Source of the DNA: a virus | Direction: 5' to 3' (one strand) | Virus record (IMG/VR): IMGVR_UViG_3300045988_116230 | Coordinates: 84,126 to 148,125 of that record | DNA: 64,000 bases | Shown: in pieces, positions 29,255 to 38,737 of the stretch | Position numbering within the stretch: position 1 is the stretch's first letter | Layout: each line of letters begins with the position of its first letter | Notes under the pieces: generated by a model | Databases searched by the model: none | What the model was told of the DNA's origin: nothing | What the model saw: the letters and a program-made list of their open reading frames with translations, nothing else | Position numbers and translations under genes: made by a program

Positions 29255-29497
29255 AGTTACCATCTTTTCTTGTAACAAGAATCCACTACCTTTACCTTTT
29301 CTTCTTTGTTCTTACCATAATTAAATTCATACGCATCTTCGAATGAATAAAAAACAGCATAACACGACATGCCAAACATATCGTATTTTATCCTGTTTTT
29401 CCATTTCCCAAAAATGTTTTGATATTGGCATCAATATTCTACTTCCCCATTAGTTAATTTCCTTTCAAATATTCTAATAGGAACATGAAATAGATTC

Positions 29498-29986
29498 CTA
29501 AGCATTAGCTTTATGACCTTCCCTATCTGTGAAAACTAAACCAATACCTTCTATAATATATCCTACTACAGGAGCTTTGTCAAATTCCTCCTTCGTAGCC
29601 CAAGTGGCATTATCAGGCATCAGATCCTTAAATGCATCCGAAACATCACCTTGGCACCAGCAGTTATTTGATACAACAATGCCTTTCCCTTCGATATTGA
29701 TATACATTTTTCTTCCACCGCATCCAAGGCTGTTCCATCCGCTCGGTACGTTTTCCACCATAGGCTTAAGCACCCAGCTTTCACCGTCTATCCTAACCCA
29801 TCCTGGATCGTCTTTGTGCTTGTCGTACATATTTTGCCAAAAAGAGCATTCGTAGCACCACCCCCTGTCTTCCATGACAGTTCTTATCTCACACCTTTCA
29901 AATCCATCTGCATCCATCGTGTGCGGAGAATGAGGCTGGTGAGGAGTGCCACATTTTGGACATACGAGTTTTAAATTATTTTCCAT
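29498..29986 (-). CDS. hypothetical Cys/Trp-rich protein
   Basis: ORF track. Confidence 0.45.
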   Translation of the reverse strand: MENNLKLVCPKCGTPHQPHSPHTMDADGFERCEIRTVMEDRGWCYECSFWQNMYDKHKDDPGWVRIDGESWVLKPMVENVPSGWNSLGCGGRKMYINIEGKGIVVSNNCWCQGDVSDAFKDLMPDNATWATKEEFDKAPVVGYIIEGIGLVFTDREGHKANA

Positions 29987-30224
29987 ATTGTTTCACTTTT
30001 ATGATCTTAATAGAATCTCCTATATTGTATTCCCCTTGGTATCCAACGAATTTTATAAGTCTATTACTGTTAAATATTGAAAATCCTCCGTCTTCACCAT
30101 AATACATCACACGCCCACCCTGTAAAGGACGTAAATCGTATATAACCCATCCGTTATTAACCTGACTATCATCATGCGAACATGATGATAACACAAGTGC
30201 CATCAATAAAACAAAATACCTCAT
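29976..30224 (-). CDS. small lipoprotein (signal MRYFVLLMALVLSSC with lipobox LSSC)
   Basis: lipoprotein signal peptide read from translation. Confidence 0.5.
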   Translation of the reverse strand: MRYFVLLMALVLSSCSHDDSQVNNGWVIYDLRPLQGGRVMYYGEDGGFSIFNSNRLIKFVGYQGEYNIGDSIKIIKVKQYGK

Positions 30225-30231
30225 GTTATTT

Positions 30232-30423
30232 TCAACATAAAAATTTATAACCTGGTTTTACTGCCTCTGCTTCTTCTCTCGTATCAAACATTAAGATAGT
30301 AGTTGATTCTGTACCTTCACAAATGTAAGATACTTCCACCCACCACCTAAAAATTCCAGAGCCATAATCATCATAGTACGGCTCAGAAAGAACTTCTTCT
30401 ACATACCCATCCAAATAATTCAC
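30232..30423 (-). CDS. hypothetical protein
   Basis: ORF track. Confidence 0.4.
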   Translation of the reverse strand: MNYLDGYVEEVLSEPYYDDYGSGIFRWWVEVSYICEGTESTTILMFDTREEAEAVKPGYKFLC

Positions 30424-31142
30424 GATCGCTCCTCCTTATTTTTAGATTCTGCCTCTTCGAGTATGCTGATCACCTTATCAACAATATCCGAATCAGACAT
30501 TTTCTCAATAAAAACATCCATTGCCTTAGTTATGTCATTGGCTTCTTTTTCTTCAAGAGCTATTTCTCCACCGGTAATAGCATCAGATAATGATGTAGAT
30601 AAGTGTCTTATCTTATCAATGCTCATAAACGTAAATGGATTACCACCTTGACCTCCACCCATTTCTTTCATGATCTGATATCCACCTGAGATAAGTCTGC
30701 CTGATGTCGTGGCCAAGGAGGATACGATTAGGGACAGTACCGCCGCTTCCGTCCGCTCCTCGGACACACCCTTCGACCACACGGCTGCCCTTATAGCGCC
30801 GGCCAGATTGTCTATGTATGGCATGAGACAATCTTCCATCGCTTGTGTTATATCAGCTATAACCTCACTACGCTCTTTATTTATGTAGTAGATAGAAGCA
30901 TTGTACCTCTTTATCTCTTTGTCCATATTATTTAAAAGACGCTTGATATTGTGCTTATACATAGGACTGGTTTTAATTACTTCCTTTAGCTTAAGAATGT
31001 AATTATAAGCCTGGTCGTTTACGAACAACGTCATGGTCTCAACCGTTGAATGAAGCGTGTTGAGACTGTTAAGGATCTTATCGAAATTGTTTATCAAATA
31101 AGCTTTTCTGGCTTTTGCTGCATAGTTAATCATCGTATTCAA
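30420..31142 (-). CDS. hypothetical protein
   Basis: ORF track. Confidence 0.45.
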   Translation of the reverse strand: MNTMINYAAKARKAYLINNFDKILNSLNTLHSTVETMTLFVNDQAYNYILKLKEVIKTSPMYKHNIKRLLNNMDKEIKRYNASIYYINKERSEVIADITQAMEDCLMPYIDNLAGAIRAAVWSKGVSEERTEAAVLSLIVSSLATTSGRLISGGYQIMKEMGGGQGGNPFTFMSIDKIRHLSTSLSDAITGGEIALEEKEANDITKAMDVFIEKMSDSDIVDKVISILEEAESKNKEERS

Positions 31143-31647
31143 ATTTTAGATTTTCAAGTTCATGTATTTGTAACTTAAGAGACTTAATTAAATCCGTTCT
31201 CTGTTCCTCTGCATATTTCAAAGCTTCTTCTTTACTTTTAAAAGCTTGATACCCTATTGTATAAGGAGTGAACCGGCCAGGAGTGTCGGCTAATAAAGTA
31301 CCATCATAATCTTCTATTTTAGCTTTTACTTTTCTTATCTTACCATCTTGCAGACATGTGTCTGTAATCCACACAAATGTATCATACATTTCTTCATATA
31401 ATTCATACCATTCCGGCTTAGGAAATCTTAATGTGAATCTAATTTCGGTATCTTTCTCTAAGACATTAATATCATACGCCTCCGGCCACAGTTCTTTTAT
31501 GTTGTCTTCATCTTCAGCATACGCCACCAATACAAATGAATTACTGGATTCTGCACTACACCAATATGGATATTTTATAGGCCATTTGACTGGACGGTAG
31601 TCGTTACCGCAGTCGGATTTTTTAATGTAAAATCTTGCTCTAATCAT
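31126..31647 (-). CDS. hypothetical protein
   Basis: ORF track. Confidence 0.45.
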   Translation of the reverse strand: MIRARFYIKKSDCGNDYRPVKWPIKYPYWCSAESSNSFVLVAYAEDEDNIKELWPEAYDINVLEKDTEIRFTLRFPKPEWYELYEEMYDTFVWITDTCLQDGKIRKVKAKIEDYDGTLLADTPGRFTPYTIGYQAFKSKEEALKYAEEQRTDLIKSLKLQIHELENLKFEYDD

Positions 31648-32823
31648 TATTCTTTTATTCTTTTAAGTATATGTTCAATCACTTTAATAGTCCACCCGTT
31701 CCCCAACATCTTGTACTGTTGGGTTTCGCTGCATTCCCATTTATACCAATCTGGTACAGTCTGTAACCTGGAGCACTCTGTAGGGGTTAATCTTCTTATT
31801 CTGAAATCGCCATGTAATGCTCTCTGTATGATAAAATTGTTTCTATCATATGAATTACAAGATAATGTTGGAGCCTTATCTTCATGAAATCCACCTTTGT
31901 TAAATCCTCTTGGTATTTGGAAAATAAGATTATCTTTCTGAACTGTTGTGAGACAATTGGATTTTCCATCGTTTTTAAATTCAATCATCTGAACTGTTTT
32001 AAGACCAGATTCTCTACATGTAGGTTTTTCTGGATTCCTACCTCTCATTGCTACACAAATAAGATCGTACATGTATTTACCCTTTACGGTAACAGTATTG
32101 GATTTCTCATCTTTTGTTTTAATATTAGCTCCATAACAATTTCCCTTGTCGTGATTTCTTTTCAAGTGAAAAGCTAAATTGTTTAAAACTTTTTCAGATA
32201 AGTAATATTTTTCATCTACTTCATATTCCGCTATATCACTTATGGTCAAACCTTCGTCTTTAGGTTGAGGGATAATGCCGCCTTGAATATTAGTCCAATA
32301 AATACGTTTCCTGGTTTGAGCGGAAACAAGTGCTGAATTAATATGATTGCCTTTACACCCTATAGCATCATCAAATACCGGCTCCCATTTCTTTCCCATC
32401 TTAACGTTCTCAAGAAGAAACAATACATCAGGATTAGTTTTTCTTACATCATTCAAAATACGAATAAACTCCCAGAATAAGTAAGACTGACCGGCAAATT
32501 CAAATCCTTGTTTTTTTTAATTCAAGATACTCATTAAGTGATTTGATTTCTATTCCTTCTACGGTAGACAACCCTTTTCTTTTTCCAGAAAAGGACATAT
32601 CCTTACATGGGCTGCCGGCTAAAATAAGATCTATGTGTCCAAGATCTTCTACATTCAAATCCCTTACATCTCCTACTTGTATAGTATTAGGGAAATTTAA
32701 TTGCGTTTGTTTAATAGCAAACTTATCTATTTCTGATACATAATATACTTCAGGTGTGATCCCTATTTCTTTTAACGCTATTTGACCACATGACATTCCG
32801 TCAAATAAACTTAACACTCTCAT
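31647..32823 (-). CDS. C5 cytosine-specific DNA methyltransferase split in two track ORFs (32500..32898 and 31647..32456). N-part has motif I LSLFDGMSCG and motif IV GSPCKDMSF. C-part has motif VI ENV (DVLFLLENVKG), RRLTPTECSRLQTVPDWY and GNGWT. The frames join if the A8 run (T8 on + strand, 32511-32518) were A7
   Basis: canonical Dcm-family motifs on both sides of the homopolymer. Confidence 0.75.
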
Positions 32824-32827
32824 GGCA

Positions 32828-33136
32828 TTATACACATTTTTCAATTTTAATTGATTTTGATGATAGATACATATTCCATATTCCTCTGCCTCTGTCACCT
32901 TTTTCGTTTTGTTTTTGGATTGTCAAGTACAGATCTCCGTCTTCACATACTTCAACTTTTTTCAAGAAGCCTATCATTTCATCTCCTGCTTCGTGTAAAA
33001 TACGGATCTTATCTCCTTCTTTTAACCCATAATTGGAATCAAAATATTCTTTTTTGATTCTATCAATATTGTCTTTATGGTTTTTTATAGCATAAAGCTC
33101 TTTTCTTAATAAATAATTTAGTTGTTCTATTGTCAT
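32828..33136 (-). CDS. hypothetical protein
   Basis: ORF track. Confidence 0.45.
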   Translation of the reverse strand: MTIEQLNYLLRKELYAIKNHKDNIDRIKKEYFDSNYGLKEGDKIRILHEAGDEMIGFLKKVEVCEDGDLYLTIQKQNEKGDRGRGIWNMYLSSKSIKIEKCV

Positions 33137-33867
33137 TTCTTTTCCTCCTTATTTAATGGTATCAACCCTTTTCCATGCTTGTCATACCACAGCATAGCTA
33201 TGCAGTTCCATGCACATTGTGCAAGATGAAAACATCCTGTATCGGAATCCACTCTTTCTCCTTTCATGTATTCCATCAGGTGTCGAAACATTGCAGCTCG
33301 ATACCGTTCAAATCCGTTGTCAAGATTCTGCCAATTATTAGGCCCATATTTCTTGGCTCCGGCATGATAGACTTTTACAATGTCCTCAATCTCTTCCATT
33401 GGAAGCAAATCCCATCGTAGTTTATCGTCAATGATGTCATTCTTCACCGATTCCCCTTCTTTTTTATTATTGTCTTTTTTTGAACTAACAGGTTCTAACA
33501 AATCCAAGGGTATGCTAAACTGTTTCCCTTTGTAGTATATGACAGCCATAACATCTACATTGTAGACCTCTTTTGCCAATTCGACCATAGCTCCCCCAGG
33601 AACAATATCATCTTTAAAAGAATAATCTTTTTTAGCAAAAAGAAATTCTCCTTCTTTGAAAAGGACATCATCATTCTTTAGTATATAATCAACTGGTATA
33701 TCAATCTCCATACGACCTTCATACGACAGCGTGGCTTCCTTATCTCCTTTTTTGATATCTTTTTCACACACAACCTTAAGCCCTTTTTTGGCTACTAACG
33801 TTTTATAAGCATAAACATCTTTGTTAATAACCACATTTGTCCCCTTTAGGATAATAATATTGTCCAT
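33133..33867 (-). CDS. protein with C-terminal DUF1599 / dATP-dGTP diphosphohydrolase-like domain (LRWDLLP...GAKKYGPNNW...FRH)
   Basis: motif resemblance by memory. Confidence 0.35.
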   Translation of the reverse strand: MDNIIILKGTNVVINKDVYAYKTLVAKKGLKVVCEKDIKKGDKEATLSYEGRMEIDIPVDYILKNDDVLFKEGEFLFAKKDYSFKDDIVPGGAMVELAKEVYNVDVMAVIYYKGKQFSIPLDLLEPVSSKKDNNKKEGESVKNDIIDDKLRWDLLPMEEIEDIVKVYHAGAKKYGPNNWQNLDNGFERYRAAMFRHLMEYMKGERVDSDTGCFHLAQCAWNCIAMLWYDKHGKGLIPLNKEEKK

Positions 33868-33909
33868 TTTTTTTCATTGTTTTATCGTTGTTTTAATTAA
33901 TATAGTCCA

Positions 33910-34164
33910 TCACTCTTTTTTTACAAAACGATCAAATTCTTCTCCGCTCATAACAATGCGGTTAATGATAATTATGCCACTATCGCTATAATCATCATCT
34001 TTAATTCCCATATCATCAAGCTCCTTCTTTAAGTCTTCAAATGTAGGGCCTGTCTCGCTTTTAAAAAATAAAGTAGCATGTGCAAGACTTCCGTTGTTTA
34101 GTTTTACTCTCACGGTATAGAGATATCCTTTTTTCATCTTCATCCTTTTTATTGATACCATCAA
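33910..34164 (-). CDS. hypothetical protein; may be fused with ORF 34061..34252 across a T6/A6 run (34128-34133) to give MNENEIF...DEDEKKGYLYTVRV...
   Basis: ORF track; overlapping frames around homopolymer. Confidence 0.4.
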   Translation of the reverse strand: MMVSIKRMKMKKGYLYTVRVKLNNGSLAHATLFFKSETGPTFEDLKKELDDMGIKDDDYSDSGIIIINRIVMSGEEFDRFVKKE

Positions 34165-34248
34165 GGATGCTATTTATCATATCCTTGTCCTCACGTGATA
34201 GGTTGGATATGGCTATTCTTCCCTTTAATCTAAATATTTCATTTTCGT

Positions 34249-34536
34249 TCATGACTTTCTGTTTTTATTGTTTTCAAAATATTGTCTTACGGCTTCTATG
34301 GCTTTATCATCATCAAAAGCTTCTTCAAACTCCGTGTAGAACCTATCTCGCTCCATGCAGAATGTGTTTTTTCCTTCCGGTATAGGACGGAACACAACCA
34401 CCCTCTCTTTGTCGTGATTGGTTCCTATTATGTTATTGTCTAAGATAATAGAATACCTTCTTGAACTTTTGTTGATAACAACATCATGTTGAAGACCATA
34501 CAATTTAAGTATTTCCCTTAATTCATTTGTTTTCAT
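34249..34536 (-). CDS. hypothetical protein
   Basis: ORF track. Confidence 0.45.
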   Translation of the reverse strand: MKTNELREILKLYGLQHDVVINKSSRRYSIILDNNIIGTNHDKERVVVFRPIPEGKNTFCMERDRFYTEFEEAFDDDKAIEAVRQYFENNKNRKS

Positions 34537-34893
34537 TTATATTACTCCTTCCAAATTTACTTTAATAGAACCATTTATGGTTTTAATGCTCCCATCTATG
34601 GTTGAAATCACATCATCTATATCATTTATAATACTTTCCATGTCATCAACCACCTCCTCCATATCAGTTACAGCCTGATCTGATTCCCAATATCTTTCTG
34701 AGTCTTGTAACGATTCCGGTATATTATCTCTCGCCTCAGTCTCTTCGTCTAAAATCATATCAACATCATCTTTGGCTGAATTTATGTTGCACTTCAACTC
34801 CGATAACTTTGATTTGATGTATTCAAAATCTGTTTTATACTTATTTACGTTGTTAATAACATCCGATATTTTTTTTCTTCTCTTGTTGTTCAT
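34537..34893 (-). CDS. hypothetical acidic protein
   Basis: ORF track. Confidence 0.45.
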   Translation of the reverse strand: MNNKRRKKISDVINNVNKYKTDFEYIKSKLSELKCNINSAKDDVDMILDEETEARDNIPESLQDSERYWESDQAVTDMEEVVDDMESIINDIDDVISTIDGSIKTINGSIKVNLEGVI

Positions 34894-36311
34894 GCTTTTA
34901 TCCTATTATAATATTCTATAACCTTTTCTTTTCTATCTCCTGGTTTTACTGCCATATTCTCAGCCAAGAACCTAAAATACGACACCGGTATGTCCTTGAA
35001 TCTAATTCCTTCATATTTTCCAAACCACATTATTATACTGTCAAGATCGTCTTCTCTCCTACCATCTCCATTCACAGATTTAAGCGAGGCTGCCCGACGA
35101 AGGATCTCGTCTTTGGTAATAATATCACCCATCCTTATATTAGACAGAAGTTGATCGCCGGCAAACATACACCAGCCCTTAGAAGGGAATTGCTCAATTG
35201 TCAGGTCTTCTATCCGACCGAAACGCCTCATGTTGTCGCAGCAATCAACTATCAGCGCCTCTTTCTTGTCAGGATGGATGCGGACGGCGCGGCCTAATAT
35301 TTGGTAATAAGTTGAATATGAGAAAGTTGGTCGCCCAAACATCACACAATCAAGTTCAGGAAAATCAAATCCGGTAGCAAGCGTTGAATAATTAAAAACC
35401 ACTTTCAACTTACCTTCTTTGAAATCTGATATAATTTGCTCTCTTTTCTTTTTGGTTGTTAGCGATGTTACGACACCGGTTATGGCTCCCATCCTGGCAT
35501 TCATGAACTCTGATATTCTATTACATGATTCGATAGAATCCATGCAAACCAAAATGGCTTTACGCTCGTTCATAAGTTGAAGAAGGCGCTTGTAGATAGA
35601 GTTGTTTAAGCCGTTTCGTACAATACTTTCTTTAATAGATTCGTTGGTGTATTCGGCTCCGGTACTGTTTAACATCAGAGCCGATTCATCAAACGACCAT
35701 CGTTCGTACTTAAGTGGACACCAAAACCCTTGAGAAGTTAGTTCTTGTATTTGAGTCACATGAACTATTTTCTTGAAGAAGTTATGCTCGTCTTTCGTCA
35801 GCATATTGAGCTTGCTGTAGTTTCCTTCCAGCATGGAACTGTAGGTTCGGAGGCGGCAGGGAGTGGCGGTGAAGCCCAGCACCTTCGCCTCTGGAAACCC
35901 GTTCATAAACTCCATAAATTCAGAACCTTCTTCAGGAGAATATCCTGAATGACATTCGTCTATCAATAAGGTATCTATCCCTATATCCTTCAACCTCGCT
36001 ACATCTTTCTTTATGCTCTTTAATGTTGCATAAGTCATAGCCGACAGCTCCTTTATACCACATGAAGCAGAATATATAGTAGGTTTAGAACCGAATGATA
36101 CGGCCTTCGCATAATTCTGCTCCAGAATCTCTTTTGAGGGCTGTAATACTAATGTCGGTCTATTTATTTCATGTGCTATCTTGGATATCAGAAGGCTCTT
36201 TCCACATCCGCATGGGGCTACGATTATGCCAGGCTTCTTAGATCTTCCTGTAAGGAACTTAAGCCCGGCATCTACTGCCTCTTTTTGGTAAGGTCTAAGT
36301 TCAAAGCCCAT
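34890..36311 (-). CDS. SF2 (DEAD/DEAH-type) helicase (RPYQ, GCGKS Walker A, DECH Walker B) with DUF3820-like C-terminal tail (MWFGKYEGIRFKDIPVSYFRFL)
   Basis: helicase motifs I/II and Q-motif read from translation. Confidence 0.65.
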   Translation of the reverse strand: MGFELRPYQKEAVDAGLKFLTGRSKKPGIIVAPCGCGKSLLISKIAHEINRPTLVLQPSKEILEQNYAKAVSFGSKPTIYSASCGIKELSAMTYATLKSIKKDVARLKDIGIDTLLIDECHSGYSPEEGSEFMEFMNGFPEAKVLGFTATPCRLRTYSSMLEGNYSKLNMLTKDEHNFFKKIVHVTQIQELTSQGFWCPLKYERWSFDESALMLNSTGAEYTNESIKESIVRNGLNNSIYKRLLQLMNERKAILVCMDSIESCNRISEFMNARMGAITGVVTSLTTKKKREQIISDFKEGKLKVVFNYSTLATGFDFPELDCVMFGRPTFSYSTYYQILGRAVRIHPDKKEALIVDCCDNMRRFGRIEDLTIEQFPSKGWCMFAGDQLLSNIRMGDIITKDEILRRAASLKSVNGDGRREDDLDSIIMWFGKYEGIRFKDIPVSYFRFLAENMAVKPGDRKEKVIEYYNRIKA

Positions 36312-36678
36312 CGCAATCTATTTTACTGTTTTTTGAAAGTTCTATTATCGCCTCTTTCAACATCTCCCTTGCTTTATCTTCGTTATCTTCAAGCAAGCAT
36401 ACACTGCACGATATGCCCATACGATCCCCATAAGCCTCGGCATTACCTAATGTGAATGCGCAGCAGTAATCATAATCCATGTTTTTTGCTACGGCAATAA
36501 ACTGATTATCTTCTATCAGTACAGCATATTCAGCATCAGTTTCACACATGATAATGGCTTTATCTTTTTTTATAGACAACACCTTGTTTCTGAAAAGTCC
36601 GTTATAAATCCATAGTTCTTTTCCTGTATTTTTATAAAACACAGCCATATCTTCCTTGATTGTGACTTCTTTTTTCAT
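36301..36678 (-). CDS. hypothetical protein
   Basis: ORF track. Confidence 0.45.
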   Translation of the reverse strand: MKKEVTIKEDMAVFYKNTGKELWIYNGLFRNKVLSIKKDKAIIMCETDAEYAVLIEDNQFIAVAKNMDYDYCCAFTLGNAEAYGDRMGISCSVCLLEDNEDKAREMLKEAIIELSKNSKIDCDGL

Positions 36679-36681
36679 GAC

Positions 36682-37011
36682 TTACTTGTGTTTAACATCA
36701 GTAATTAAAATGTATTTTTTAACAATATCTTCAAGACTCACAGAAGAACGTATATATGGTTTTTCTTCGTACTCATATAGAACGTACCCTTCTTTTATGT
36801 CTAATATCTTAATCACATGCTTGCCTCTTTCAAATGGATCCTCAAAGTAGTTCTTATGTTCGTATCTTTGACCTACTTTGATTTTGTCAGTTTTCTTCTT
36901 CATCTTATAACGATCTACTGCTCTACCTGTTTTTATGAAAGCTGTCGTGAGCAAGTATAATAAAACTAAATACAAAAGGATCGCTACTCCACATATTAGA
37001 TCTTCTTTCAT
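36682..37011 (-). CDS. hypothetical membrane-anchored protein (N-terminal TM helix)
   Basis: ORF track. Confidence 0.45.
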   Translation of the reverse strand: MKEDLICGVAILLYLVLLYLLTTAFIKTGRAVDRYKMKKKTDKIKVGQRYEHKNYFEDPFERGKHVIKILDIKEGYVLYEYEEKPYIRSSVSLEDIVKKYILITDVKHK

Positions 37012-37181
37012 TGGACTCCCTTTAAGTAGTTAAACCATATATCCTCCAGCTTCTCCTGAAGTTCAAATGCTTTCTTGAAATTCCCACATCTTACAGCAAC
37101 GTCTCTCATGTATTCTACGTTTATAACTTCCGGATCTTGCCGGTATTTTGTTCTTAACTTTTGAACGTCCTCGTATTTCAT
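37008..37181 (-). CDS. small hypothetical protein (57 aa; not in track) with ATGA overlaps at both ends
   Basis: fills the only gap in this operon; translational coupling at both junctions. Confidence 0.35.
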   Translation of the reverse strand: MKYEDVQKLRTKYRQDPEVINVEYMRDVAVRCGNFKKAFELQEKLEDIWFNYLKGVQ

Positions 37182-38197
37182 CGTTTTATCTTTTTAGACG
37201 GATCCCAATCCGAAGAGAAAGGGCATTCGTTTTTGTTATGTAATCCAAAGTCACAATAATAACACAGTGCTGACGGGCAGGGTAGCTTGTTTTGCGAAAC
37301 AGGCTGGCTTAGGGTGGCACGCCGCTTGCTATACCTGGCTCCTTCTGCTCCCTGGATGTACGCTTGAAATGATTTTACACTATTATCTTCAAAATCATAC
37401 ATTTTAGACAAAGTGTCATTTAGCATCTCTATAGATTTTGTTTTACGTTCCTCATCTACCTTAACCTTTTGGTACTGCCTGGTCCTGGTAAAGAAATAGA
37501 TGTTCATATCTGGTAGAACCCCACCATATCTTCTATAGATGTAAAATGAATATATAGGATGCTGTAAATTTGTTTCCAACTTCTTAGAATCAAAAACCTT
37601 ATTACCTGATTTCCAATCTATGACATAATGGTGAACTACGTTCTTGCTTTTTATAGCCAGATGAAGGTCTACCGATCCTACTATGTACACATGAGTATGA
37701 ATTACTCCATTTATGTTAACAGGCTTAGGAAGACGGTACGGCAGCACAAAATCTTCTTCGACTCCAACTATAGCGCTGTGTCTGATAAGTTTCTCGCAGG
37801 GATTAAGATCACTATCAGCTATCATAAACCTATTGCCGTCTTTTTTGAACAGATCCACAATCCAAGCAAGAAGCTCCCCGGATTGCTTCATGGCTATCAT
37901 CATATTTTCCGGTGATTGCCAAGGTATGTCTTCTTGGTAAGCATAGTAACTTATAGCTTCCCCCAGGTCTTTTCCAGAAGGCTGTCTTCCGTTCTTAAAG
38001 AAGTATTCCAGTGTCTTATGGATAACCGTACCATAAGACGTAGCTTCTTGTTTTTCCGTAGACCTTTTGCCCTCTACGTAAGTCTTATACCATTTCATTG
38101 GACAAGTAAGAAACGTGTCTATCTGGGAATAAGATATGGCAAGACGTTTCACGCCATTAAACTCCTTATATAGCAAATGCGTTTCCGGGACCATCAT
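37178..38197 (-). CDS. Cas4/RecB-like PD-(D/E)xK exonuclease with Fe-S cysteines (N-terminal CPMKWY; GSVDL; IDWKSG; QHPIY; C-terminal CPSALCYYCDF..C)
   Basis: motif pattern read from translation. Confidence 0.55.
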   Translation of the reverse strand: MMVPETHLLYKEFNGVKRLAISYSQIDTFLTCPMKWYKTYVEGKRSTEKQEATSYGTVIHKTLEYFFKNGRQPSGKDLGEAISYYAYQEDIPWQSPENMMIAMKQSGELLAWIVDLFKKDGNRFMIADSDLNPCEKLIRHSAIVGVEEDFVLPYRLPKPVNINGVIHTHVYIVGSVDLHLAIKSKNVVHHYVIDWKSGNKVFDSKKLETNLQHPIYSFYIYRRYGGVLPDMNIYFFTRTRQYQKVKVDEERKTKSIEMLNDTLSKMYDFEDNSVKSFQAYIQGAEGARYSKRRATLSQPVSQNKLPCPSALCYYCDFGLHNKNECPFSSDWDPSKKIKR

Positions 38198-38553
38198 AAG
38201 TCATTGTCTTTAAATCCTTCCGGGTAATATACGACATACTTCTTACCGTCCTCCGGCGTCATGGCGAACTGCATGTAGTTATTACGATTACGATGCTTGC
38301 CATCCAATCCTCGTTTCCAATACAGGATACCGTCTATATCCACATAAGACCGTCCGCGTTCGGCTCTAACCACGTCCGTGTGTAGCAGATACCCGTCGGA
38401 AGACACGATCCACACTTTATCCCCTTTGTTTAAATAAGATATTCTTTTTCTTACAACAACCTTTTTCTTATTATCCAATACAAATTCCTCATCCGTCATA
38501 TTCTTCATCCTCCTCTTCTTCTGTTTCAAAATCAATTCCATAACACTGATCAT
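38194..38553 (-). CDS. hypothetical protein
   Basis: ORF track. Confidence 0.45.
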   Translation of the reverse strand: MISVMELILKQKKRRMKNMTDEEFVLDNKKKVVVRKRISYLNKGDKVWIVSSDGYLLHTDVVRAERGRSYVDIDGILYWKRGLDGKHRNRNNYMQFAMTPEDGKKYVVYYPEGFKDNDL

Positions 38554-38596
38554 AATGTCCGGTCAGTTCTTCTGGTTCTAAATCTTGTCCAAAATC

Positions 38597-38638
38597 CATA
38601 TTAAAAATATATTAATACATATTAAAAATATATTAATC
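38597..38638. repeat. tandem 21-nt duplication (CATATTAAAAATATATTAAT x2) in the intergenic/promoter region upstream of the 38553 gene
   Basis: read directly. Confidence 0.6.
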
Positions 38639-38737
38639 AATAAAGCACTAAAAATCACTATTCCTGCTGGCATGAAATCTATAAATGCTGCTTTTGCTTC
38701 TTCAATTAGGCCCAAGTGTAACCTTGGGCCATTGTAT

